From an uncultured Oscillospiraceae bacterium (GTDB lineage Bacteria > Bacillota > Clostridia > UMGS1883): DNA of 64,000 nucleotides. This document shows positions 18,782 through 28,064 of the stretch, in pieces (positions within the stretch are counted from its first letter, which is position 1; each line of letters opens with the position of its first letter). The position numbers were made by a program, and so were the translations under genes. The stretch covers positions 8,203-72,202 of the forward strand of contig CAYLPQ010000003.1 of assembly GCA_964385605.1 (NCBI GenBank), given 5' to 3'. The notes under the pieces are model-generated. The model was not told where the DNA came from. It saw only the letters and a program-made list of their open reading frames with translations, and did no database searches.

Positions 18782-19216
18782 TTACTGTTTTGCAAGTATA
18801 TTTACCCGTCTTACACCACGGACTGTCTGTATTCCTGAAATAAGTCTGTCGGTGCTGACCTTCATATTCTCTGTCTGAACGGTTACGGTTATATTTGCAA
18901 CTCCGTTTACCGGAACGTTCTGATTAATTGTGAGAATGTTGCAGCCTACGTCGCTTATAAAGCTTAACATATCGCTGAGCACACCCTTCATATCCACAAC
19001 CGCTATAAGGAGTGTCAGTATTCCCTGCATCTGATTAAAAGGGAAAACATAATCCTTATATTTATAATACGCACTTCTTGAAACATCTGCTATCGCAGTA
19101 GCTTCATTAACTGTTTCTGCCTGACCTGATTCCAGTAATTCCTTAACGGTCAGAACCTTGTGGTAAACCGGCGGAAGCACTGACAGGTCGGCGATTACAA
19201 GTTTCCTTTCTACCAT
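18782..19216 (-). CDS. ACT-domain protein (UPF0735/PheB-like)
   Basis: The C-terminal ACT fold is recognisable (ILTLLIAVVDMKGVLSDMLSFISDVGCNILTINQ). Start set at ATG 19216 after a GGTGG Shine-Dalgarno; the track ORF starts at 19237. Confidence 0.75.
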   Translation of the reverse strand: MVERKLVIADLSVLPPVYHKVLTVKELLESGQAETVNEATAIADVSRSAYYKYKDYVFPFNQMQGILTLLIAVVDMKGVLSDMLSFISDVGCNILTINQNVPVNGVANITVTVQTENMKVSTDRLISGIQTVRGVRRVNILAKQ

Positions 19217-19289
19217 GTGTCCACCACCCGTGTACATTTGTCTTTGCTTGCTATGTTACCACTAATTTAGCCCTTTGTCAACAAATTTT

Positions 19290-20132
19290 TTAAAATTTAT
19301 ATTCGTTATATATATCTCTCTTGGAAACTCCTCTGTCTTTCGCCACGGCTTTGAGGGCATCTTTTTCGTCCATTCCCTGTGAAAGATACATCTCAACGTG
19401 CTCCGATACGGACATATTCTCCCACTCTTTACGGGATTCCTGGAGAATTTCTTCCTTATTTTTCCCCTCAATTACAAGAACAAATTCCCCACGTGGAGGA
19501 TTTTCTTCATAATGAGAAATTGCCTCTGAAAAAGTTGTACGGAAAAATTCCTCGTGAATTTTCGTAATTTCACGGCAGAGGCAGATTTTCCTCTCACCGA
19601 AGACCTTGTACATATCCCGAAGTGTAGCCATAAGCTTATGAGGTGCTTCGTAGAAAATCATCGTACGTTCCTCATTTTTAAGCGAGTCAAGCATTTCGTT
19701 TCTTCCTTTTTTATTAACGGTAAGAAATCCCTCAAAGGTAAATCTGCCCGTAGAAAGACCGCTCGAAATAAGAGCATTAATACCTGCAACGGCACCGGGT
19801 ACGGGAACAACCTGTACACCGTATTCTGCACACAGTGCCACAAGGTCCTCTCCGGGGTCACTGATAGCAGGAGTTCCGGCATCGCTTACAAGAGCTATAT
19901 TTTTTCCATTCTTCATTTCATTAATAAGCATTTCCCCTTTTTCACGGCGATTATGCTCAAAGTAGCTGGTCATTGGCTTTTCAATGCCCAGATGATTTAA
20001 AAGGCCGAGAGTATGCCGGGTATCCTCCGCCGCAATTAAATCCACACTTTTCAGAACTTCAACGCATCTGTATGTAATGTCCCCCAGATTTCCGATAGGG
20101 GTTGCACATAAATAAAGCTTTCCCTGTTCCAT
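19290..20132 (-). CDS. rsmI: 16S rRNA (cytidine1402-2'-O)-methyltransferase RsmI
   Basis: GKLYLCATPIGNLGDIT N-terminus (tetrapyrrole-methylase fold). Neighbourhood matches the conserved yabB-yabC arrangement. Confidence 0.93.
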   Translation of the reverse strand: MEQGKLYLCATPIGNLGDITYRCVEVLKSVDLIAAEDTRHTLGLLNHLGIEKPMTSYFEHNRREKGEMLINEMKNGKNIALVSDAGTPAISDPGEDLVALCAEYGVQVVPVPGAVAGINALISSGLSTGRFTFEGFLTVNKKGRNEMLDSLKNEERTMIFYEAPHKLMATLRDMYKVFGERKICLCREITKIHEEFFRTTFSEAISHYEENPPRGEFVLVIEGKNKEEILQESRKEWENMSVSEHVEMYLSQGMDEKDALKAVAKDRGVSKRDIYNEYKF

Positions 20133-20148
20133 AGTTATTTCCGTCCTT

Positions 20149-20862
20149 TTATTTCAAAGATTGAATATAATTACCATCTCTGTCATACATAAATACTGCT
20201 TCTTCCAATTTGAGCTGGGGTTTGCCGTCCTTTGCACCCTCGATAAGAATGAGAGAAGCCGCCCTGCCCTCACCGGGGTAGACTATTTTCAGCCTTTTCG
20301 GTTCAATTTTATACTTTCTGAAAGTAGTTATGACATCACACATTCTGTCAGCGCGGTGTACCATAAAAAGCTTACCGCAAGGCTTTAAGACATCCCTTGC
20401 CGCCTTTACCACGTCGTCAAGAGTGCACAGAATTTCGTGACGGGCAATTGCAAGGTTATCCTTGGGATTAACAAGCCCACCGCCCACGTTCATATAGGGC
20501 GGATTGCAGGTCACGGCATCAAAGCTGAGATGTCCGTATATATCAACAACGTCTTTCACATCGGCACATTTAACGCGGATTTTGTCCCCAATACCGTTCA
20601 GCTCCATTGTGCGCTGTGCCATAGAGGCAACCTCCGGCACAATATCCACCGCGTCAATGCTTTCAGGATTGCAAAGTCCCCACACAAGAACGGGAATAAT
20701 ACCCGTACCTGTACAGAGGTCAAGTACCCTTGCGCCCTTTTTCAGCTTCACAAATCGGGACAGAAGCACTGCATCACTGCCAAAGCAAAAGCCGTCTTTA
20801 TTCTGTATTACTTTTAAATCGTTTATACCAAGGTCTTCAACCTTTTCATAATCATATACCAT
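20149..20862 (-). CDS. tRNA (adenine37-N6)-methyltransferase-like SAM-dependent methyltransferase (YabB/TrmN6 type)
   Basis: SAM motif VLDLCTGTGIIP and catalytic NPPY (TCNPPYM). Confidence 0.85.
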   Translation of the reverse strand: MVYDYEKVEDLGINDLKVIQNKDGFCFGSDAVLLSRFVKLKKGARVLDLCTGTGIIPVLVWGLCNPESIDAVDIVPEVASMAQRTMELNGIGDKIRVKCADVKDVVDIYGHLSFDAVTCNPPYMNVGGGLVNPKDNLAIARHEILCTLDDVVKAARDVLKPCGKLFMVHRADRMCDVITTFRKYKIEPKRLKIVYPGEGRAASLILIEGAKDGKPQLKLEEAVFMYDRDGNYIQSLK

Positions 20863-20883
20863 ATTTACTCGTACCTCGTAAAT

Positions 20884-21047
20884 AGTTCGAAATGTAAAAT
20901 GCGAAGTGCGTAATGAATGTTGATTTTCGTTAAAACGAAAACCTTTGTTTTAATAAAAAGATTTTCTCCACAGAGAAAATCAACCATCATTTCGAATTTC
21001 GAACTTCGAATTTCGCATTAAAATCTTCGGGCAATTTTAACATCTCC
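20884..21047 (-). repeat. composite palindromic repeat: two inverted heptamer arrays, internal hairpins, and conserved box copy B
   Basis: 20884-20918 reads AGTTCGA AATGTAA AATGCGA AGTGCGT AATGAAT. 20992-21019 reads TCGAATT TCGAACT TCGAATT TCGCATT. Internal hairpins at 20924-20941 and 20961-20982. Box cgggcaattttaacatctcc at 21028-21047. Confidence 0.75.
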
Positions 21048-21061
21048 TAATAGAAGAAAGT

Positions 21062-21088
21062 AAAGGTCGCCAACAATAGGCGACCTTT
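21062..21088 (-). terminator. terminator after the ferredoxin gene
   Basis: aaaggtcgcc / ggcgaccttt stem with a 7-nt loop and a T-rich tail on the minus strand. Confidence 0.75.
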
Positions 21089-21104
21089 CTTTTTATGTTT
21101 GCTA

Positions 21105-21278
21105 TTATTCAGCAGGGTTGGGAGCTGCTACGGGGCAGATACCAGCACAAGCGCCACACTCTACGCAAGCATCAGCATCGATTTCGTACTTACCATCTGC
21201 TTCTTTAATGCATTCTACGGGGCATTCAGCTGCACAAGCGCCGCAACCGATGCACTCATCGTTGATAACGTATGCCAT
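21105..21278 (-). CDS. 2x[4Fe-4S] ferredoxin
   Basis: Two CxxCxxCxxxCP motifs (CIGCGACAAECP, CVECGACAGICP). Start taken at MAYVIND; the track ORF extends to 21299. Confidence 0.92.
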   Translation of the reverse strand: MAYVINDECIGCGACAAECPVECIKEADGKYEIDADACVECGACAGICPVAAPNPAE

Positions 21279-21437
21279 TGTCGTACACCTCTTTTTCATA
21301 AATTATACCTACATTGTAGCATATTTTTCTCAAATTTCAATAGTTTTTTTCGTATTTATAGTTTTTTTGGCTTGAATATGGGGTGTTTTTTATATATAAT
21401 GGTTAAAAATATAATTTTTTGTTAGGAGTAATGTGCC

Positions 21438-22505
21438 TTGAATACGTTTAAAAAAGTTCTTAACCACATATTTATTGACGGACTCAGCGCAATGGCGACA
21501 GGTCTGTTTGCCACACTGATTGTCGGAACAATCCTGTCACAGATAAGTACCTTTATCCCTGCGGGGAATGTGAGCACAGTTCTTTTTACTGCCGGTAAGG
21601 TTGCGTCACTTCTTACAGGTGCAGGCATTGGGTGTGCCGTGGCACACCGTTACAAGTCCTCACCCCTCGTAACGGTAAGTGCCGCAGTGTGCGGTATGGT
21701 AGGCGCTTATGCGTCACAGATTCTGGGCGGCGGCATTGTAAGCGGAAACTCCTTTTCAATAAATGCCCCCGGTGAGCCGCTCGGTGCATTCATCGCAGCT
21801 TACATAGGTATCCTTGTGGGAAGTCTTGTGAGCGGCAGAACAAAGGTAGATATTATCGTCACACCGATAGTTACTATTCTGGTGGGATGTGTGGCAGGTC
21901 TTTTTGTGGGACCGCCGATTTCTTCGTTTATGGCATACCTTGGCTCTCTTGTAAACTGGGGAACACAGCAACAGCCGTTTCTGATGGGTATTGTAGTAAG
22001 TGTTCTTATGGGAATTTTTCTGACACTTCCCATAAGCTCTGCGGCTATCGGTGTTTCACTGGGTCTTAACGGAATTGCTGCAGGTGCGGCAACGGTTGGA
22101 TGCTGTGCAAATATGGTTGGCTTTGCCGTTGCAAGTTACCGTGAAAATAAGGTTGGCGGACTTCTCAGCCAAGGACTTGGCACAAGTATGCTTCAGATGC
22201 CCAATATTGTGAGAAAGCCTATTATATGGGTTCCCGCCATTGTCACCAGCGCAATCCTCGGACCTGTTTCCACAATGGTGTTCAAGATGGAAAGCAATCC
22301 CGTGGGTTCAGGTATGGGAACGGCAGGTCTTGTGGGACCGATTATGTCATTCCAGACGATGAGCGCCAATATGTCCCCCACACTGGCGATGATTTACAAT
22401 CTTACAATGTACTTTGTTCTTCCTGCAATAATATCCCTTGCGGTTTCTGAATTTATGCGCAAGTGCAAGCTTATCTCCTATGGGGATATGTCTCTCAAAT
22501 CATGA
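21438..22505 (+). CDS. PTS EIIC-like integral membrane protein (orphan)
   Basis: 355 aa and polytopic. N-terminus FIDGLSAMATGLFATLIVGTIL is typical of proteins annotated as PTS transporter subunit IIC. TTG start 9 nt after AGGAG. No EIIA or EIIB gene nearby. Confidence 0.6.
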   Translation: MNTFKKVLNHIFIDGLSAMATGLFATLIVGTILSQISTFIPAGNVSTVLFTAGKVASLLTGAGIGCAVAHRYKSSPLVTVSAAVCGMVGAYASQILGGGIVSGNSFSINAPGEPLGAFIAAYIGILVGSLVSGRTKVDIIVTPIVTILVGCVAGLFVGPPISSFMAYLGSLVNWGTQQQPFLMGIVVSVLMGIFLTLPISSAAIGVSLGLNGIAAGAATVGCCANMVGFAVASYRENKVGGLLSQGLGTSMLQMPNIVRKPIIWVPAIVTSAILGPVSTMVFKMESNPVGSGMGTAGLVGPIMSFQTMSANMSPTLAMIYNLTMYFVLPAIISLAVSEFMRKCKLISYGDMSLKS

Positions 22506-23449
22506 TGAAAATAGGAAGCATTGAATTAAAAAGTAATGTGTTTCTTGCTCCTATGGCAGGTGTAACGGACCTTGCGTTCCGTATGATATGCGACCGCTTC
22601 GGAGCAGGGCTGTCCTATACAGAAATGGTCAGTGCCAAGGCTCTGTCCTTCTCCGATAAAAAGACGGCAGACCTTATGCGCACGGAAAATCTTCCCACTG
22701 CGGTACAGCTTTTCGGAAAGGAAGCTTCCGTTATGGCAGATGCCGTTAATGAAGCGGAAAAACACGGACTTTTTACAGATATAAACATGGGTTGTCCCGC
22801 TCCGAAAATTGCAGGTAACGGTGAGGGCGCCGCCCTTATGCGTGACCTTGATAAAGCTGAAAAAATTATTGGAGCAATCTGCGAAAAAGCCACAAAGCCT
22901 GTTACCGTAAAAATGCGTGCAGGCTGGGACGATAGTCATATAAATGCCGTAGAACTTGCCCGCATTGCCGAGAATTGCGGTGCGGAGGCAGTAACCGTTC
23001 ACGGCAGGACAAGGGAAATGTGCTACAGCGGAAAGGCTGACAGGAGTATTATAAAAAAGGTTGTGGGAAGTGTTTCTATTCCCGTAATTGCCAACGGAGA
23101 CATTTTCTCTGCGGAGGATGCCCGGGATATGCTGTCGGAAACTGGTGCGGCAGCGGTTATGATTGGCAGAGGTTCCCAGGGAAATCCGTGGATTTTCACA
23201 CAGATTAACGAGCTTTTTGATGGTGGCGCGGTTGAAACCGTACCCACTCCCGACGAAAAAATAAAAATCGCTATGGAGCATATCACTCTCCTTTGTGAAA
23301 TCAAAGGAGAATACAGAGGAATACGGGAAGCAAGAAAGCATGCCTCCTGGTATATAAAAGGACTTAATGGTGCGGCGGCACTCCGTGGAAAAATCAATGC
23401 GGCAACATCTTTGGAGGAAATGCAAAGCACTCTTCAAAAACTATTGTAA
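22502..23449 (+). CDS. dusB: tRNA dihydrouridine synthase DusB
   Basis: LAPMAGVTDLAFR, NMGCPAPK and VKMRAGWD motifs. The ATG at 22502 overlaps the upstream stop (ATGA). Confidence 0.93.
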   Translation: MMKIGSIELKSNVFLAPMAGVTDLAFRMICDRFGAGLSYTEMVSAKALSFSDKKTADLMRTENLPTAVQLFGKEASVMADAVNEAEKHGLFTDINMGCPAPKIAGNGEGAALMRDLDKAEKIIGAICEKATKPVTVKMRAGWDDSHINAVELARIAENCGAEAVTVHGRTREMCYSGKADRSIIKKVVGSVSIPVIANGDIFSAEDARDMLSETGAAAVMIGRGSQGNPWIFTQINELFDGGAVETVPTPDEKIKIAMEHITLLCEIKGEYRGIREARKHASWYIKGLNGAAALRGKINAATSLEEMQSTLQKLL

Positions 23450-23542
23450 ATGGAAATATTAAAAATATGGGATGAGGAATAAAGATTTTTGCCAAAGCAA
23501 AATCCACCAGAATTCTGAATTTTAAAACCGGAGGTTTTAATC

Positions 23543-24313
23543 ATGCGTATAGCAGTAAAAGTAGGAACTTCAACCCTGGCACATGCCACGGGACATCTTA
23601 ATATACGCCACGTTGAAAGCCTGTGCAAGGTATTAAGCGACCTGAAAAATGCAGGAAATGAAATTATTCTTGTAACGTCGGGCGCTATCGGTATGGGTGT
23701 GGGAAAGCTCTCCCTTAAGGAGCGCCCCTCTGATATGCCCACCAAGCAAGCGGCAGCGGCAGTAGGTCAGTGTGAGCTGATGTACACATATGACAAGCTG
23801 TTTTCGGAATATAACCACACGGTAGCACAGCTTCTTATAACGGCACCGGATATTGAGGACAGTGTAAGGGGCGGAAATTTCCGCAATACGGTATTAAGGC
23901 TTCTTGAAATGGGGGCGCTTCCTGTTATCAATGAAAACGATACCGTTGCGACGGAGGAAATTGCCGTTGGCGACAACGATACACTTTCTGCTCTTGTGGC
24001 AAAGAGCTGTAAGGCAGATTTACTGGTTCTGCTTTCAGATATTGACGGACTTTTCACCTCTGACCCCCGAACAGACAAAAACGCATCACTTATAGATGAG
24101 GTCAGTGAAATCACCCCCGAAATAATCGCCGTTGCAGGCGGAAAAGGCTCGGATTTGGGCACAGGCGGTATGGCTACAAAAATCCATGCGGCACAGATTT
24201 GCACGGAAGCCGGAATTGATATGATTATCGCAAACGGGGCAGAGCCTGATGTTCTCTACGATATAACCGACGGCAAAAAGGTCGGAACAAAGTTCATAGG
24301 AAGGAAAGCCTGA
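23543..24313 (+). CDS. proB: glutamate 5-kinase (short form, no PUA domain)
   Basis: RIAVKVGTSTL N-terminus and an amino-acid kinase fold. First gene of proB-proA-proC. Confidence 0.95.
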   Translation: MRIAVKVGTSTLAHATGHLNIRHVESLCKVLSDLKNAGNEIILVTSGAIGMGVGKLSLKERPSDMPTKQAAAAVGQCELMYTYDKLFSEYNHTVAQLLITAPDIEDSVRGGNFRNTVLRLLEMGALPVINENDTVATEEIAVGDNDTLSALVAKSCKADLLVLLSDIDGLFTSDPRTDKNASLIDEVSEITPEIIAVAGGKGSDLGTGGMATKIHAAQICTEAGIDMIIANGAEPDVLYDITDGKKVGTKFIGRKA

Positions 24314-24314
24314 T

Positions 24315-25571
24315 ATGACTACACAAGAGATACTTAAAAACGCAAAAGGTGCAAAGCTCGAGGCGATGCTTCTTGATACCAAAAAGAAAAATACCGCGCT
24401 TCTTTGTATGGCGGATAAACTGGTTGAAAATACCGAAAAGATCCTCGCCGCCAACGAAAAAGACGTTGAAAATGCAAGAGGAATTATTTCTGATGTTATG
24501 ATAGACCGACTTTCTCTTACGGAGGAAAGAATTGCGGCAATGGCTGACGGCATCCGTCAGGTAGCACTTCTACCAGACCCTGTCGGCAGGATTCTTGAGA
24601 AAACAGTACGTGAAGACGGTCTTGTAATAGAAAAAACCGCTGTTCCCATTGGTGTTACGGCAATTATTTACGAAAGCCGTCCCAATGTTACAAGCGATGC
24701 GGCGGCACTTTCTTTAAAAAGCGGTAACGTGTGCGTTCTCCGTGGCGGAAAAGAGGCATTTTTAAGCGCAAGCGCCATTGTCAAGGCACTGCGTCAGGGA
24801 TTAAAGGAAGCAGGATTATCCGAAAACCTTGTAAATCTTATAAAAGACACTACCCGACAGAGTGCATCGGACCTGATGCAGGCGGTAGGGTATGTGGATT
24901 TGCTTATTCCCCGCGGCGGAAAAGGGCTTATTACAGCTTGTCTTGAAAACGCAAAGGTTCCCTGCATACAGACAGGAACGGGAATTTGTCACATTTATGT
25001 GGATGAAAGCGCTGATTTCCAGATGGCGCTCAATATTATAAACAACGCAAAAACAAGCAGACCCTCTGTATGTAACGCGGCAGAGAGCCTGATAGTGCAT
25101 AAAAATATTGCAGAGGAATTTCTCCCCTTTGTAAAGAAGACCCTTTGCGACGACAGAGAAAAGAACGGTCTTATTCCCGTAGAACTGCGCTGCGACGAAA
25201 CCGCTTACGGAATTATCGGCGGAACACAGGCAGTGGCAGAGGATTTTGATACGGAGTTTCTTGATTATATTCTTGCCGTAAGTGTTAAAAACGACGTGAA
25301 AGAGGCAATTGACCATATTGCAAAGCATTCCACGGGCCATAGTGAGTGTATTATTTCAGAAAATGCTGAAAACATATCTCTTTTTACATCGGCGGTAGAC
25401 AGCTCTGCAGTGTATGTGAATGCTTCAACACGTTTCACCGACGGCGGCGAGTTCGGTCTCGGTTGCGAAATGGGTATTTCAACGCAGAAGCTTCACGCAA
25501 GAGGACCTATGGGACTTTGTGAATTAACGACTTATAAATACATTATTAAAGGTGCAGGACACATCAGATAA
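24315..25571 (+). CDS. proA: glutamate-5-semialdehyde dehydrogenase
   Basis: 418 aa aldehyde dehydrogenase fold with CNAAESLIVH around the catalytic Cys. Confidence 0.95.
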   Translation: MTTQEILKNAKGAKLEAMLLDTKKKNTALLCMADKLVENTEKILAANEKDVENARGIISDVMIDRLSLTEERIAAMADGIRQVALLPDPVGRILEKTVREDGLVIEKTAVPIGVTAIIYESRPNVTSDAAALSLKSGNVCVLRGGKEAFLSASAIVKALRQGLKEAGLSENLVNLIKDTTRQSASDLMQAVGYVDLLIPRGGKGLITACLENAKVPCIQTGTGICHIYVDESADFQMALNIINNAKTSRPSVCNAAESLIVHKNIAEEFLPFVKKTLCDDREKNGLIPVELRCDETAYGIIGGTQAVAEDFDTEFLDYILAVSVKNDVKEAIDHIAKHSTGHSECIISENAENISLFTSAVDSSAVYVNASTRFTDGGEFGLGCEMGISTQKLHARGPMGLCELTTYKYIIKGAGHIR

Positions 25572-25582
25572 GGAGGATTATA

Positions 25583-26383
25583 ATGAAAATCGGATTTATC
25601 GGTTGCGGCAATATGGGCAGTGCCCTTTGCAGCAGTGCTATAAAAGCAGTGGGAAACAAAGATATTTACGTTTCTGACTTTATTACAGAAAAGGCAAAGG
25701 AATTTTGCGATGCTACAGGTGCAACACTTTCTTCAAACGAGGAAATTTCAAAGAACTGTGACTATATTTTCCTTGGAGTAAAACCCCAGATAATGGACAA
25801 GACAATTGACGAAATCAATCATATTCTCAAGGAAAGAACAGACGATTTCACCATCGTTTCAATGGCGGCAGGATTAAGCATCGGCGCTATTGAAAAAATG
25901 ATTGGTGCATCCGTTCCCGTTATACGCATTATGCCCAATACCCCCTGTAAGGTTTCGGAGGGTGTCGTTCTCTACGCGCCTAACGACAAGGTCAGCGCCC
26001 TCAAGGCGGAGGCATTTGAAAAAATTCTTTCAAAATGCGGATCCGTTGACCGCATCCCCGAAAATCTTATTGATGCGGCAAGCGCAGTATCAGGTTGCGG
26101 ACCTGCGTTTGTGTATCTGTTTATCGAAGCACTGGCTGACGGCGGTGTATGTTGCGGTCTGCCCAGAGAAAAAGCACTCGCTTATGCGGCGCAGACCGTA
26201 AAGGGTGCGGCTGAAATGGTGCTTGAAACAGGCATGCACCCCGGTGAGCTGAAAGATGCAGTATGCTCACCGGGCGGCACAACTATTGAGGGTGTGAAAG
26301 CTCTTGAAGACGGTGCTTTCCGTGCAAATGCTATGGAGGCAGTAGTGGCTGCATATGAAAAAACTCTCAAATTAAAAGCCTGA
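25583..26383 (+). CDS. proC: pyrroline-5-carboxylate reductase
   Basis: IGFIGCGNMGSAL NAD motif and C-terminal SPGGTTIEG motif. Confidence 0.95.
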   Translation: MKIGFIGCGNMGSALCSSAIKAVGNKDIYVSDFITEKAKEFCDATGATLSSNEEISKNCDYIFLGVKPQIMDKTIDEINHILKERTDDFTIVSMAAGLSIGAIEKMIGASVPVIRIMPNTPCKVSEGVVLYAPNDKVSALKAEAFEKILSKCGSVDRIPENLIDAASAVSGCGPAFVYLFIEALADGGVCCGLPREKALAYAAQTVKGAAEMVLETGMHPGELKDAVCSPGGTTIEGVKALEDGAFRANAMEAVVAAYEKTLKLKA

Positions 26384-26451
26384 AAGCTTGATTAAATGGC
26401 GCAGAACGCATAAAGGAACTATATATACGACTTACTATCGTTTTGTGTAAC

Positions 26452-26484
26452 AAAAAAAGAACCGCCGCAGTGGTTCTTTTTTTA
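26452..26484. terminator. bidirectional terminator (proC / ABC binding-protein gene)
   Basis: A-run, agaaccgc / gtggttct stem, T-run. Confidence 0.7.
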
Positions 26485-26495
26485 TGTAGTTTTAA

Positions 26496-27281
26496 TTACT
26501 CAGCAACTGCGTACTTATCTGCAAGGTCTGCAATTGTGCCTTCTGCAAGCATCTTCCCGATAGAAGCATTGATCATATCAAGAAGCTCGGGGTTGCCCTT
26601 CTTAACTGCAATAGCATATTCTTCTGATGCGAAAGCTTCAGAATCTTCAACAATCTTAAGACCTTCGTTGTCATTTACATACTTTGTAGCTGTTGCAGAG
26701 TCGATAACTACAACATCAGCCTTGCCGTTTACAAGCTCAAGAACTGCGTCTGTACCCTTCTTGAAAGAAGTGTAGCTGTATCCCATGTCAACAACACAAG
26801 TTTCGCCTGTGTAACCCTGGATAACAGCGATTTTCTTGTCAGCCATATCGCTTGCCTTTGCAATTTCGGACTCTTCCTTAACAATCATAACCTGTGTTGC
26901 CTGATAGTAAGGAATTGAGAAATCAACCTTCTGCTGTCTTTCTTCTGTTACTGTCATACCTGCGATAACAGCATCTACCTGACCGTTGTCAAGAGCAATA
27001 AGAAGAGAGTCAAACTCCATGTTTGAAATCTTTGCTGTCTTGCCGTTGTCTGTAGCAATCTTATCAGCGATTGCCATGTCGATACCGTCAAATTCGCCGA
27101 TAACACCCTTTGCTGTTACAAACTCAAAGGGAGGAAATTCCGCATTTGTACCAAATACGATTTCTTCAACCTTGTTGTCTGCTACTTCTTCTTCGTTTCC
27201 GCCACAAGCTGTGAATGCAACCATAGCCATTACAAGTGACAGGATAAGTGCCAGAATTCTGATTTGTTTTTTCATGTTCAT
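26496..27281 (-). CDS. amino-acid ABC transporter substrate-binding lipoprotein
   Basis: Lipobox VAFTACGG and an SBP_bac_3-like sequence. Confidence 0.88.
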   Translation of the reverse strand: MNMKKQIRILALILSLVMAMVAFTACGGNEEEVADNKVEEIVFGTNAEFPPFEFVTAKGVIGEFDGIDMAIADKIATDNGKTAKISNMEFDSLLIALDNGQVDAVIAGMTVTEERQQKVDFSIPYYQATQVMIVKEESEIAKASDMADKKIAVIQGYTGETCVVDMGYSYTSFKKGTDAVLELVNGKADVVVIDSATATKYVNDNEGLKIVEDSEAFASEEYAIAVKKGNPELLDMINASIGKMLAEGTIADLADKYAVAE

Positions 27282-27329
27282 ACACTCCTATAAAAATATA
27301 TTTATCAAAGGTTTCCCTCAGATAATCAA

Positions 27330-28052
27330 TTAAAGTACCTTGCTGAGGAAGTTCTGCGTCCTCTCGTTTTTCGGGTTGGAGAAAATTTCCTCGGGAGAAC
27401 CCTGCTCCATAATTATACCCTGGTCCATAAACAGAACCCTTGTTCCGACCTCTCTTGCGAAGCCCATTTCGTGAGTAACAACAACCATTGTCATACCGGA
27501 ATCTGCAAGGTCCTTCATAACCTCCAGAACTTCGCCGACCATTTCAGGGTCAAGAGCGCTGGTAGGCTCGTCAAAAAGCATAATCTGCGGCTCCATCGCA
27601 AGAGCACGCGCGATGGCAACCCTCTGCTTCTGTCCGCCGGAAAGCTGTGCAGGATACGCATCCGCCTTTTCCGAGAGGCCTACTCTTTTAAGAAGCTCCT
27701 CGCCTTTCTTAACAGCTTCCTGTTTGGTCATTTTCTTAAGCTTGACCGGAGCGAGAGTTATATTTTCCATAATTGTGAGATGGGGGAACAGATTAAACTG
27801 CTGGAACACCATACCCATCTTCTGACGAAGCTTGTTAACGTCCGCCTTTTTAGAATTGATAAGCTCATCACCGATATATATTTCACCGTCGGTAGGAGTT
27901 TCCAAAAGATTGAGACATCTTAAAAACGTACTTTTTCCCGAACCCGACGGTCCGATTACAACTACAACCTCACCTTTGGAAATATGCTCGTCAATCCCCG
28001 TAAGAACTTCTATATCACCGAAGCTTTTGTGCAAATTTTTTACGGTAATCAT
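27330..28052 (-). CDS. amino-acid ABC transporter ATP-binding protein
   Basis: Walker [10 protein letters not shown], signature [15 protein letters not shown], Walker [12 protein letters not shown]. Confidence 0.95.
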   Translation of the reverse strand: MITVKNLHKSFGDIEVLTGIDEHISKGEVVVVIGPSGSGKSTFLRCLNLLETPTDGEIYIGDELINSKKADVNKLRQKMGMVFQQFNLFPHLTIMENITLAPVKLKKMTKQEAVKKGEELLKRVGLSEKADAYPAQLSGGQKQRVAIARALAMEPQIMLFDEPTSALDPEMVGEVLEVMKDLADSGMTMVVVTHEMGFAREVGTRVLFMDQGIIMEQGSPEEIFSNPKNERTQNFLSKVL

Positions 28053-28064
28053 ACGGGCACCTCC

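Noticed and set aside
19262-19471. 69-aa ORF overlapping the 3' end of rsmI in another frame.
   Set aside because: It is out of frame within a well-supported gene, with basic low-complexity composition and no ribosome-binding site.
20884-21019. The heptamer arrays as a possible CRISPR or minisatellite array.
   Set aside because: The period is 7 nt with no spacers, and there are only 3-5 units. No cas genes are present. This is not CRISPR-like.
22526-23437. 303-aa ORF antisense to dusB, with similar long antisense ORFs in clpC (1171-2418), serS (36702-37813), mnmE (43734-44333) and proB.
   Set aside because: Each lies opposite a gene with unmistakable family motifs. The translations are low-complexity (rich in S, C, F, R) and have no ribosome-binding site. 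These are typical shadow ORFs.
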